Positions 39,717 to 51,800 of a DNA stretch of 64,000 nt are shown piece by piece. This DNA is from Blasia pusilla. Taxonomy: Eukaryota. The stretch's first letter is position 1; each line of letters begins with the position of its first letter. The position numbers and the translations under genes were made by a program. The notes under the pieces are model-generated. The model did not search any database. It saw only the letters and a list, made by a program, of their open reading frames with translations, and was not told the DNA's origin. The stretch covers positions 8,060,001-8,124,000 of the forward strand of contig CM114271.1 in assembly GCA_050084515.1 (NCBI GenBank), read 5' to 3'.

Positions 39717-40886
39717 AAGATGTAACAAATTCGGGAAAAAAAATTCAAGATACTTACGTGTTCATTGAGTGCATGGCCATCTCCACCGTGACCATGTGAT
39801 TTGGGTAGGGATGGAAGACCACCGCCCTCTTGCAAAAATGAGTCTCTAGGGAGTTTGGGCGCTCCGCTGGAAACTGCGACCACTTCAAACTGCAACATGA
39901 ATCCATTTGGGCAGTTTGGGCACTCCGTTGCAAACTTTGACATGAATTTGTGGTTGCCATCCTAGATGAAGAAGTACAAGTTTTGCATCCACTTGTACTA
40001 GGTTCGTGCAACTGCCTTCCGAAACTCTATATCCTTTAGCCTCCAAAATGCATCTGAACTCTCCATGTCTTCCTCAGTTACCAAAGCCTGGGTTCCATGC
40101 TCATCATAAGGCTGAACATAGAAAGAAGGGAAGCTATCCATGTTTCAAGTTTTTGCCACTGACTGCTTCAACTTCTCAATGTCTTCCTTGGATTGAATCT
40201 CTCGAACGTATTCTATCGTTCGGAGTCTGAAGAGAGGAATTATCGGGACATTCGGGCCATCCACCACTGCCATTTGCTTCATAACCTGCGCAAATGTCAA
40301 CATTGTCAATTCCAATTTTCATTACAAATGGAAGTAATGGAATTCAAAGAGAACGTTGGTGCTGACAGTTGGTGTTGACGAAATTCAAAGAGAACGTTGC
40401 TGTTGACGGTAAGAGAACGTTGGTGTTGGTCTTGTGCATTGGACCACTCGACCTCATGGAGGACACATCCTCCATTTTGACACTCTCGATGGGTTGCTGG
40501 GAGGGTTCTTCTTCAATGACCATTGCCTTTCCCTTCCTAGATTTTTCCAATTTGGCTTTCCGATAGGCGGAGTCCTGCCTCTTCTTCTCCTTGATCTCAA
40601 ATTCCTTCCATTTCTTCTCCACCTTCTCCGCCTCTGTGAGCATTTTTGCTTCCCTCTTCACCTCTTGCTTCGCAAGTTTCTCCAGAGGTAGCTTTGCCAC
40701 CATTTCCTGCTTCCTCATTTTGGTTTCCCTCTCGTGCTCTTCAATTTCCTTCCGTACATCTGCGGCCGAGTGTTTTGCGCACCAGAAGATGGAGTTCGGC
40801 CAGGCTTGGGAGAGAAGCTCCCAACCTTTTTTGCTTGGGATTTTTTGCGAGTCATCTTGAAAGTAGTCGAGAAAGATGACACGAAG

Positions 40887-42424
40887 TGTGCGCCCCTTCA
40901 TAAGTGGCTCCCATGTGTGTTAGATACTTTTGGGACTCTAGTTAGGTGAGTAGAAGGAGCTAGAACCGCAATCTGCAATTTAAATGAGATCAAGTGAGGA
41001 GCATCAGGGAAGTAATGAGATCAGGTGAGGAGCCGAGGAGCATCAGGGAAGTAATGAGATCAGCTGAGGAGCTGAGGAGCATCAGGGGAGTAATGAGATC
41101 AGGTGAGGAGCTGAGGAGCATCAGGGAAGTAATGAGATCAGGTGAGGAGCTGAAGAGCATCCAAGGGAAGCTCGAACCAGCTTGAGAAGAAGCAAGCTTG
41201 GGAGATGCTGCTCAAGAGACTTTAGTTGGGACAGGTTCAGAAGTAGATGAGGTAGAAATTTCAGGCAGTAGATGCCTTGGAGTAGATGCTTAGGGGGAGG
41301 TAGATTTGTAGGAAGGTAGGAACCTAGAATGCCAGAGAAGCCCAAGGAAGAAGAGGGCTCTCAGATTCACTTATAAATACTCTGTTGGGTTTGCTTGAAG
41401 GCGGGCATATACATGCTGTTGGCTAGTAGACACTCGATCTCTTGAGCCAAGCTAACCAGCAGAGTTATGTGCTCCCAGATCTAGGTAGTGTGTAGTGTGC
41501 TTGAAGGGTCTGAGACTAAGAAGTTCTCTCATGTACTCTTTGATTTTGTGATACACAAGAGGTAGCCCTGTGAAATGAGTTCACACCATTGCCCTGTATC
41601 TGAGTATGTGCATGATTGAGTGATGAGTTGGGGGAGGGCTTGATGAAGGGAGATTCTTGGAGCTGATTCAACTAATCATTCAAAAGTGCAGGGAGTGGAC
41701 AAGAGGCTGTACCAGTAGAGGGGAGGCAAGCTTGGGTTCCAAGATTGTGCTCCACCAAGGTGTGCTTGGAAAGCTTGCTGTTCTGCCCACCTAAGCTTGG
41801 CCTTTGACACCAATCACATGATTACTTCCAGGGTGTGACAACCTGGACTTCCAGGTCTGGTAAGTGATAAGAGTTAGTGAGTGGAGAGAGAGAGAGGGTC
41901 ATGCTTGAGGTCCTCTATAGGTAGAAGACCATGGGCTCAGACTGTTAAGTCTCCTACTACCTGAACAAGAAGGGAGAACAAAGGATCAGCAAGGTACGAG
42001 GAGAAGAAGAAGGTGATTGCACTACCTGATCGGTTAGGAGTTGGGTGTACTTTAGAGGATGTCCTTGGTACATTCAACTAGTCCAAGGCAGCACATTGGA
42101 GGACCTTATGCTGCCCTGGTCATTCTTGACTGTGATTTCTAAGTAGAGTGTGCTTGTTGGGTTCCACTGGCCACTCCACTCAAAGCACTCAAGAGAAAGG
42201 AAGGAGTTTTGGTTAGTAGGGTGAGGATAGGATTGTGATATTGAAGTGGAGAGAGTTTCTCTAGCCTCTTAAGGTAAAGAGGTGGGGTTTACAGCTGTTA
42301 AGGAGTACATCTTGTAGATCTGATCTTTTGATCTGGCCCTAAGCTCTTACATGGGACCGAACTGGTGGAACTAGCAACATTTTCACCTGGGTTGTGTGCT
42401 GGCCATGTATTACCTGGTGAGACA
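40887..42424 (+). repeat. 5' LTR of Gypsy family A (with four 39-bp tandem units at ~40995-41160)
   Basis: TGTGCGCC...GTGAGACA. Near-identical to the reverse complement of 62502-63991. Followed by the PBS. Confidence 0.93.
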
Positions 42425-42427
42425 TTT

Positions 42428-42445
42428 TGGCGCCGCTGCCGGGGA
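42428..42445 (+). promoter_or_regulatory. Primer-binding site complementary to the tRNA-Asp 3' end
   Basis: TGGCGCCGCTGCCGGGGA 3 nt after the LTR; one mismatch to the Athila-type TGGCGCCGTTGCCGGGGA. Confidence 0.85.
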
Positions 42446-42479
42446 GCCGTGGAGTCCAGACCAAAAGTGAAGGAGACTT

Positions 42480-45400
42480 ATGAGTGAGCGGCATCAAAGA
42501 CATTCAGCAAGGAGTGCACGGAAGGCTGCTGCAGATCACCAAGAAGAGAGAGAAAGAGCTTCCATAGGAGACTCTTTTGTGGGGAGTCCAAGTTCAGCAC
42601 CTGCTATAACAGCCCGGCTGGTTCAATTGGTTCTGCTCAAGCTACCTCAATCAAGATGCCTCCCTCATTTGAATCAAGTACACCAGATTTCGAGGGGATG
42701 GTGGTCAAGATGTGGATGACTGGATGGAACAATACCTAGCAACTTTGGCAGCCAATGATGAAGGGGATGAAGACACAACCAAGAGGTTGTTTAGGTGGGC
42801 TGATTGATGGAGAAGCCTTGCGTTGGTACAATACCTTGGAGGATGGACAGAAAGCTGATTGGCCAAGGTGAAGTCGACATTTGAGCAAGAGTTAAGGGAG
42901 ATTAGGCAGATTCAAGGGTGATGTCACGACTGAATTCTATCAAGATGAAGGCAAGTGACACACTAAGGAGCTACACCAGCGTGTCCAAAGCGGTGATAGG
43001 GAAGCTATCCATAGTACCACCAAAGCAAACCTTCAGTTGGAGTGGTTTATTTCTAATCTACGAGTTGTTGGATTTTGAAGTGAGGAAGGAGATCCTCAAA
43101 CATTAACAGCTGCTGTTGATGTGGCCAAGAGATATGAGAAGTCAGCCCTACTATCAAGCCGCTGGGCAGAGAAGAAGCTGAAGAAGAAGGTCAAGTTTGA
43201 GGACTCTGATGATAGTGATGAGTACTTAGTGGAGGACAGAGAAGAGAAGTCTAGCCATCAGAGAGGTAGAGAGACATATCCATCACAACTCACCAAGGTT
43301 GTGAAGGATGAAATGCAGACCTTAAGGGTAGCCATAGAGGAGGTCAAGGTGCAGATGGCTGATATCAAGAAGAACTGCAAGGCAGTCCCTATGACCCGCA
43401 CTAATATTTGCTGCACCCGATGCAAGAAGGAGGGTCATTTCTCTCATGATTGTCAAGCTGAATGGAGGATGATCCAAGAGACGGAGCTGAACTCTCAAGA
43501 GCTAGAGCTCAGGGACATAGAGTGTCTTTATGCTATTCAACAAGGAGCTCTATGTGTTGATATCAGGGCTAGACCAGGGGTGTCGCGACCCTCATGACCA
43601 AACAAGTGCCAAGCGGAACATCGGAACATTAGCGGGCTCGAACATTAGCATCGGAACATTGGAGATTCGATACCAGTGTTGATTGCAATTTGTATGTGGT
43701 AGTGCATGGCTATGAGTCGTTCATCATAGACTTAGAATGTACGACAAGAGGACAGACAAGGAGTATTTGAGGTGAGAGCTCGTATGTGGATAAGCACCTA
43801 GAACAGGACCTTGTGTTGGATTACACTCGGGCTCGCCCTAGCGTCGGCGGGGCAGATGAAATCTGTCTTGGGGCTTGGGGTGATCTTACTTGTGGCCACA
43901 TAAGTAAACTTAGTGACGCGCCTAAGTCGAATACGAGAGCGACCCAATAGTAGTACGATTTGTGGACCAGGTAAACAGGTGTGATGTTTACTGAGAATGA
44001 GTCGAAAGAGTCTAAGGTTGCACACTTAGTTAGCTTATTTGATAGGTTAGTTCCTTGGAACTAGTCCAGCTTATCGAAGATGAGAGGCTAATAATTCTAA
44101 GTGGGGCAAAGCGACAACTAGAGACTAAGAGGAATTGCGGGTTAGCCACGTAACGCAATTCAATGTCAAGGGGTAGGCTGCCCAGGAGACTTGACATAAT
44201 AAAAGTTTGCGTTGATAAGGGCATCAACCTCTAAAAGAGGGGTGAGTGTCGCGACCCTCATGACCAAACAAGTGCCAAGCGGAACATCGGAACATTAGCG
44301 GGCTCACGCTAAGATGGTTTGCGCGTTGGAGTTGTCTCAAAGAGGAGACAAGAGACTAGACGCGAGCGAGAAGTCGCGTTTCAGATGTGATGGTTGCGAC
44401 TCAGAAACCGGGACCAAACGCGGAATGAGACTTGAAAGAAGTCGAGTCTAGGAAGTGGGTTGCCAAAGGAAAGATCCGGATTTGGAACGCCACTTGCGTT
44501 TGAGAGTTTCCAACTGTATGTATGGCCATAACTTTTAGCGCCAAGATGCGTTTGGAATAAATAAGGGTGCGTTGGAAAGCTTATGGAGAGTCGGTCCAAA
44601 TGCATCAAAGATCGCTGCAAACGCATAAGCAACGGCCGAGATACAACCCGAAAACGACTGTAAGTGGAGTCGGGTTGAGGGCCACAATGAAGGGCCCGAA
44701 CCTCTTTTCCCAAAGGGGAGGGGTTATTGGAGAACCCCAGAAGTACTAGTAAGGGGGAAGGTCTCCGAGAGTGCTTGGAACCCAAACCCCACTTTGGGCG
44801 CCGCGGGGCGGCTCAAGGGCATGGAACGGAACGCGAGTTTGGGCGTTGGGTTGGAAAACCTGCACCAAGTCCATTGAGGCGATTTTAGACATCCCTCTTG
44901 GATTTCACGCCGCGACTCAATTACTTGGGTCTCAGTTCGGAACTCACACGAGGACCGTTGAACAGTTGGGATCGCTAGGCGTGCAAGTGCCGTTTCAGAT
45001 CCCTGGACTAACCAGGAAGTCTGTTCCAAGTCTTGAAGGACTTGCCATGTGTTGGGAGCTAGGAACTAAGGAAGGTTGAGCTTGATGAGACGCCGAGTTG
45101 AGGACTCGGTGGTTTGGAACGCCGGTTGGCCAAACCCGACTAACAAGAGTGCGTGTTTGGGTGCAGATCGGCGATGAGTTCGTGACCTACTGATCGCACG
45201 CTTCCGCAACACTAAAGATTGACGTTCAAGGAGAGTAGGGGCGCGACAAGGGGGTTCAATACTAAGAATCCCTGATGCTTGTTGGGAGTGTGGGGAGGTT
45301 GGAAATATCTCACCTGAGTGCCCACACCGGAGGATGCCTGGGGAGTACATCTTGCTGTGTAGAAATTGCAGGGAAGAGGGGCACAAGGCTTCCAGGTGCC

Positions 45401-45870
45401 CAAAGCCTGTGCAACTTAGAGTATTGCCCCGCTATACCCCAATCCCACCTAGGGAAGAAACAACCCTCAACTGGTCCAACAAGGTAGCAGCAGAGCAGCA
45501 ACCAAGGGACGAGGGCACGACTTCAAATGTTAGATGGATCCAGGACTGTGAAGAGGAGAATGTGTGGAGAGTATCTACCAGGAGGCAAACCAATGAAGAG
45601 AAGGGCAAGGGGCCTGCAAGAGAGGAGATCAGATCAGGTGGAGAAGAGGAGGAAGAAGCTCCAGCCTTTGAGTTGCCTGATGTTACTGAACAAGTGCTAG
45701 CCCACTTGGAAGAACTTCATACCAAGGAAGGAGAGGCCAATACCAAGAAGACTACAATGGTGGTAAGACCCTCTTTGTCCCCTGCAGCCGGAAGGAGTTG
45801 CACTACAACATCATCTTTGGACATTGAGAAGAGGTTAGTGAAGTCACCATTGGGCGTTGTTGAAGGATAA
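42480..45870 (+). pseudogene. gag (frameshifted, interrupted by the family B element)
   Basis: Knuckles CTRCKKEGHFSHDC, CWECGEVGNISPEC and CRNCREEGHKASRC. The frame IRARPG|GSILRIP is restored when 43581-45253 is removed. Confidence 0.85.
43581..45248 (+). mobile_element. Internally deleted LTR retroelement, family B (59-bp 5' LTR stub, ~600 bp internal, PPT, full 3' LTR 44247-45248)
   Basis: TSD AGGGG (43576-43580, 45249-45253). LTR ends TGTCGCG...CGCGACA. PPT AAAAGAGGGGTGAG at 44233-44246. 43581-43639 is identical to the start of the 3' LTR. Confidence 0.9.
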
Positions 45871-45949
45871 TCCAAGGTACCGAAAGCAAGTGTTGGATGC
45901 AAGAAAGACCAAGAGGAGGAAGAGGCTCCCACCTACCATTTCAGAGGTG

Positions 45950-47842
45950 AGATCTGTGAAGTGGAGGATTGGGAGCACTGAGATTGACAAAGTGAGATTG
46001 AAGGGTGTTTGATCACAAGGGTACAAGTGGATGGAGGTTCGTGTGTGAATGTCATGATGGAGCAAACTATTGCTGACTGGTTACACCGTATTCGAGCCTA
46101 CCCCAAAGATATTGAGGATGGCTAACCAAGAGGAAGTGGTACCAAAGTGGGTAAGTTATCTCGGTAGTTACTAGGATGGGAGAGTTGGAGTATAAGTTTG
46201 AACTATGTAGTAATCAGGCTACCCATTCTGCTACATTCCAAGTTTTGTTGGGGAGGCCTTGGTCTGTACAAGGCAGGAGTTTTGGAGGATTGGAAGAAAA
46301 GGAGTTTAGGATTGGTTCAGTAAGGATCCCATGGGGCTTCCAAAGATACCAAGGCGAGACATCAACAAGCTCCATGGGGTACACGATCGAGAGTAAGGAA
46401 GTAGATGAAGAAGAGCAAGCTTCAGATTCTTTGGATGGTGGTGAATGCCTTCAAGACAAAGAATGAAAAAGAGTTTGACTTCAACCAACCAGAGGAAGAG
46501 CATGTGCATGTCAAGGAAGATGAAGAGCCAGAGGACACCACCAAGACTTGGCCTCTTACATCAAATGAAGGAGATCAAACAAGACTAGCTATGGGAAAGA
46601 AGAAGAAGAATGGCCAGAACCCTCTCTCTCTGGGAGAACTTGATGTCCCACTCACCAGTGCATGGGTGCACCGGCAGCTAATGGAGGATCCAGGTATGAA
46701 GGGCTTTCATGAGACCTTTGGAAGAGAGCAAGAGGAGGACCTCTCTCCGCTTTGTAAAAACCAATTCAGTATGAGAAGATGAGTCTTACGCCAGATATGG
46801 AGTTCTATGTAGGGAGGACTATCCAGGAGGTGGAGAAAGAAGCCTACAAGGATTTGTTGCTAGAGTTCAAGGATGTGTTTTCTTGGTCACATCACGACCT
46901 AACTGGAATCTCACCTGAGTATGGAGAACATCGGATAGACTTGAAGGAGGATGCAGTACCCGTTAGGCAAAGGCAATACAGGCTCAATCCAAAGTACTCC
47001 TTGAAAGTGAAGGAGGAGTTGGATAAGCTATTGGAAGCAGGATTTATCTATCCTGTAAAACATAGTGAGTGGGTATCCCCCATTGTGATTGTGCCAAAGA
47101 AGGTGGGAGTTGATGGAATAGCCAAGATCAGAGTTTGTCAAGACTATAGGAAGTTGAATGAGGCTACCAAGAGGGACTTCTACCCGCTGCCCTTCATTGA
47201 TTTCATACTGGACCATGTAGCTGGTCATGCGGTGTACACTTTCTTGGACGGTATGTCGGGGTACTACAGACCTTCATCAGAGTTGGAGACCAGATCTACA
47301 CTACATTCACCATTGATTGGGGGACTTATGCATTTCGTAGGATGCCCTTTGGATTGTGTATTGCTCCAGGTACATTTCAGAGGATCATGAGAGACATTTT
47401 TTATGATTTCTTGAGGCATTTTCTAGAGGTCTTCATCGATGATTTTGCAGTTTTCAGTAAAAGGGAGGAGCATCTACAACATTTGAGGCTTACCTTTGAA
47501 AGATGTAAGGAAGCCAATCTAAAGTTAAACCCAGGAAAGTGCTTCATTGGGATGGAGAGTGGGATACTGTTGGGGCATAGAGTATCAGCCGAGGGGATTG
47601 CTATAGACCTGGATAAAGTGACCACCATCTTGGCTCTCAAAGCACCCACTAGTGTGAAAGAAGTTCGAGGCTTCCTTGGCATGGTTGGTTATTATAGGAG
47701 GTTTATAGAGAGTTATGCTAAGATTGCTCTCCCATTGACCGAGTTGCTGAAGAAGGAGGCTACATTCCACTGGGCAGATCGCCAAGAGGAAGCCTTTAGG
47801 GAGCTCAAGGCAAGGATGGTGAAGGCACCCATGATGGCAGCA
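45950..47842 (+). pseudogene. pol (aspartic protease + reverse transcriptase), frameshifted and truncated
   Basis: VDGGSCVNVM, LLGRPW, SEWVSPIVIVPKK, RVCQDYRKLN, MPFGL, FIDDF and VRGFLGMVGYYRRFI. Confidence 0.92.
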
Positions 47843-48851
47843 CGGGGGCTGGTATTCTGACAGGAGAGAGTAAGAGAGGAGAGGAAGAGAGGAAGAGAGG
47901 AGAGTCTCTCTTAAAAAAAAAAGGCCAAATCCGCCTCCTGTCTTCAAAACTTTTTGACATATTTGAAATTTTTGTTTGCTTTAAAATTCAGGAAATCTTT
48001 AGAAGAGAGTATTTCGTGGTCCACATTTGGCCCTAAAAAAACCTCCTCTTTCTGGGCGAGAAAAAAAGGAGACATCATAAGACCACCCTAAACATTTTTC
48101 CATCACTCTCCATGTGAGCCTAAGTTTCTTAACATTCCCTGTCTCGGTCAACAAAAAGCAGTGCCCTTGGTATTTTTGTTGGAGGACCACCCAGATGGGT
48201 ACCTCTCTTTTTGCAGGGATTGTTGCCTGCATCATGGCCTCCCCTAAATTTCCCCATAACCAACTTTCTGTCGGTTATGAATGGTGTCTGCTCAAGACCA
48301 ACTTTCTGAAATGTGAACAAATCAGATCCTAAGGCTGAGAAACCGAGAAGCTGCACCCCTCCCAACCCGTAAGAAAGCTCACCATAAAAGAGGAAAGATT
48401 TTTAGAAGTGATTTTCTTCCACCCTGGACCCACGACGATCTAACGGGTTGGGAATCCGAAATGGCAATCCGACAGGTAGTAGGAATCCTGCACATCTTAG
48501 ACAAGAAAAGAAGCCTACAACTGGTTGGACGAATGAAGGGGAACAAGCCAAAAGTCAAGAAGCCCGCCACAATGCGCCAGAAGTTGGTCTCACCGGGATA
48601 GAGTCCGATCACTCAAGCAGTCAACCTATCGGAATCCGACAGGTTGCCTGGAAATGGTTAAAAAGTTGCAGTTCTTAAAAAGCAAAAAGTCGGAATCATA
48701 CGGGTTGCAGAATTGTAATTCTGAGTAGCTAAAAGAACACAATCCACAAGTCCAAAAACATATTCGAGAAAACTTTTACAAACACCATTATGGGTTGAAA
48801 AAATCTCGTCCTTTATTACCTCTGAAGGAACCTCGGAAATGTACATTGAAC

Positions 48852-51800
48852 CTAGTCTATGATTTCTTCAGCCTCGTCATCTACAAATTTACTCCTAACT
48901 CTCCTCGGTGACAGTACCAAAGGAATGTCCTGGGATTCAAGTGGCTCCTCTGGCCGATTGTAGACGGGGATCGAAAATGTTGGCGAATTTGAGAGCCTTG
49001 GCCCCCCCCCCTAGGTACACCATAACGGTCCCATGTAACCTGTCTCGAGTCCCACCGCCTTCCTCGGCAGTATACCTTGTACGCTCTGCAATATGACACC
49101 CATCCAGTATCAATATCTCCTCCGTCCCCGGTAATTTCATTATGGCAACCGCACAGGTAGAAGGAATCCAACACGTCTGAGAGAAGAAAAGAAGCCTACG
49201 CCTGCCTTTACGAGTTGAGGGGAAGGTGCCAAGGGAAGAAGCCCGCCAGACTGCCTCTTAAGTTGGACCAACAGGAAAGGGTCGATCAGGCAACTGTCGG
49301 AATCAGACGAGTTGCCTGGAGGTGGTAAAAAGGGTCCAGTGGTCAAAAAGCGAAAAGTTGCAAGGAGGAGAAATCCGACGGGTTGCAGTGGTCATAAAGT
49401 GAAAGTTGCAAGCAGGAGAAATCCGACGGGTTGCAAAATAGAAGTCCGTGGAGTACATAGATGATCACATTCGAAAAGACAAAAAATGATCAGCAAACAT
49501 TTACAAGTACCACCATCGATCGAAAAAATATTCTACTTTATATCATCCGAAAAAAGCTCGGAACTGTACATTTGATCTATTCTATGAAATCTTTTGCCTC
49601 ATTATCAAAAAACTCCCTACTCCAAACGCTGCAGTCAAGCTGGGTCGTTGAGTTCTTTGAACTCACTCGTCATCGTCCGAGAGCTCTTGCAAAATCACTT
49701 TCGGCCTTGCCCTCCCGATTTTGGGAATCGTTGGAAGTGACGATGGAGTCACTACCAAGGGTGGCTCTGGAACCGGAGCTCTCGGCTTCGGTGGAGAGTT
49801 GTACGCCCCAACGAGCCTTTCGTATTCTGCCTTTGCCTCCTTGCAAAGGTCAAACAGTTCCTGCCTTCCCTCGAGGCAGAGAATGTTCCTGCCACTCTGC
49901 CAGGCGCCTTTGATACTTGCCCCTGAAAGTTCCACTAAGTCGAACACCAAGTCACCCGGCCTTGAGCACAGCTCGATGAGCGTTTGCATCAGGGCTGGCG
50001 ACTTTTCCCTTCCTCCCAGAAGTGGGGTACTGTCTTCAATGTAAATTCCCGGGGGGGAATTGTACAAACTATCTAAGCTGTACCCATCTGAGCATGGATT
50101 CACAGGATCCTGGATCTTGAACACCTGGAAATTGTGCTCGGGCGGAACGAAGCAGTAGACGTAGGAGTGGTCCATCTGTAAATTAGCACGTTGGAAACAA
50201 TGTCAGAAACTAAAGAAGTCGCCTTGAGAACATTTTCAATTACTGACTTTGGATCAACATGTCGGAGTCCGACGGGTTGTTTTGTCCCGGACCAACCCGT
50301 CGGGCTCCGTTGTTTTTGTCCGTGAGCAACCCGTCGGAAGGCGACGGGTTGCTGGCCTAGAGCAGACCATGCTCGCCTGAGAGCAACCCGTCGCTATCAG
50401 ACGGGTTGCATCCAAAAACCAAAATCAATTGGGAAAAACCAAAAGCAACTGCAACTCGTCGGGTTCCGACGAGTTACAGGTACACCGCGGTTTTCCGTGT
50501 ATGTGGGAAAGATGCAACCCGTCGAAAACCGATGGGTTGCTCTCAGCCGAGCATGGGCTGCTCTAAGCCAGCAACCCGTCGCCTTCCGACGGTTTGCTCA
50601 CGGACAAAAAAAACCCAGATTGACTCTCATTATACACATCATTAAAATATAATTGAAATTATAGTTCAGGAATTGAGCCTTACCCGAATCTGACTCGTCG
50701 CGGATCGGAGTGGGTACTCGTTTTTAATGATCCACGATTGTGTCCTCCTCCACTTTAGCGACCTCTTGACGCACTGGAGGTTGAAGAGCTCGTCCTCGCT
50801 CCCTCGAGTCAACACCAAGAAGCAGCCCCTATCACTCAGATAGGCGTCTACAAAGGAGAACAAAAGTGCAATCTGGTCATAAGAGAGCGGCACATTCCAC
50901 TCAGGTACCTCGTCCGACGGATTCTCGCCCCAAAGTCGCAACCCCGAGGGCAGATCGGCGATCAAGAGATCCACCGCAACCTCTTCGACCACTCCATTCA
51001 CCGTCCAGGCAGCGTGCCCGTTTCTTTGGAGCTTCCGTCCCAGCGTTGTCAATTTTTCGATGGCTGGTGTCGATGCTTGAGAACTGAAGCTCTTCAACTC
51101 ATCCAGTAAAGGAGTGAACTGAAGGAGGACGCTTGTCCGGGTGGTTGTTTGTCTGTGTCTTCCCAAGGATGATGGGTTGTATTCTCCTTGGGACAACCCG
51201 GGCACCTCTCGCTTCCGCTTCTCCCTAGCGTGGGGACGGCTTGTCGGGGTTTCTATGACCTCACATTCTGGTGGCGTTTTTTTTGCCGAGGACCTGGTCC
51301 AACCCTCTCTCCCCGCTCGTCCGGACGATTCCGCCTCTGGCCTTGAATCTTCAGCCTCTCTTTGGGAAGACTCGGACTCTGAATTTTTCCCTCCCCTTGC
51401 CTTGCCTTTGAGACCCGCTGTGGATTTGTCTTTGGCTGTGCGGACCTTGGAAGCCAACTCAGCTGTCTCGTGGGCCTGCTCTTCTGCATCTCCTCCGAAG
51501 AAGTCTTCAATTTGGACAAAATTGGGGATGTCGTCTTGTCCCGAGGCCACCTTTGCATCATGAAGCACTCGTAAGTCCTTATCCCGCGATGTCTTCAGGG
51601 TCGTTGAAGTCGAGCCAAATGGGGCAATTCTCCACCTCCCAATCGGACATGTCGCCCCATCTCCACGTCGTACATGGAGAATGTCTCGCATCCGGCGGCA
51701 AAGCCCACAATTTCAAGGCTACCGGTAATTTTCCCCACGCACTGCGTTCTTACACCGGACGAGGTACAAGACCATCCGTTGGGCGCTTTTAGTCGAACAG

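Larger units (their letters stand above)
35310..40855 (-). pseudogene. Transposon cargo gene with beta-class N6A/N4C DNA methyltransferase-like domain, copy 2 (degenerate, multi-exon)
   Basis: AVDLLIVDLSSG (~36900-36935), AYLSDKGYFLV, GREKSPALMQTLMELCSRPDDLVGLFG...GRNILCLE (~35840-35970) and C-terminal RVRNIFVDDEAEEIID* (stop 35310-35312). In-frame stops present. Assignment of the 39760-40855 exons to this gene is inferred. Confidence 0.65.
34281..40886. mobile_element. MULE-like element copy 2, left arm (left end + MTase-like gene), split by Gypsy insertion
   Basis: Left terminus TGGGGGCTGGTATTTTGAC...GAGGAGAGGAAGAGAGGAAGAGAGGAGAGTCTCTC matches 47843-47910. Contains a homolog of the 48852-52699 gene and palindrome arrays. 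Confidence 0.85.
40887..47842 (+). mobile_element. Ty3/Gypsy LTR retrotransposon (family A, Athila-type tRNA-Asp PBS), 5' half
   Basis: 5' LTR, PBS, gag with CCHC knuckles, protease VDGGSCVNVM (~46027) and RT (LDGMSGYY, FIDDFAVF). Cut by MULE copy 3 just before RNase H. Preceded by CGAAG (40882-40886). Confidence 0.92.

Noticed and set aside
49575-49665. Alternative last exon of the cargo gene (SREFFDNEAKDFIE*, paralogous to SKFVDDEAEEIID*)
   Set aside because: It would need a ~38-nt intron and is not seen in copy 2; more likely a decayed local duplication of the 3' end.
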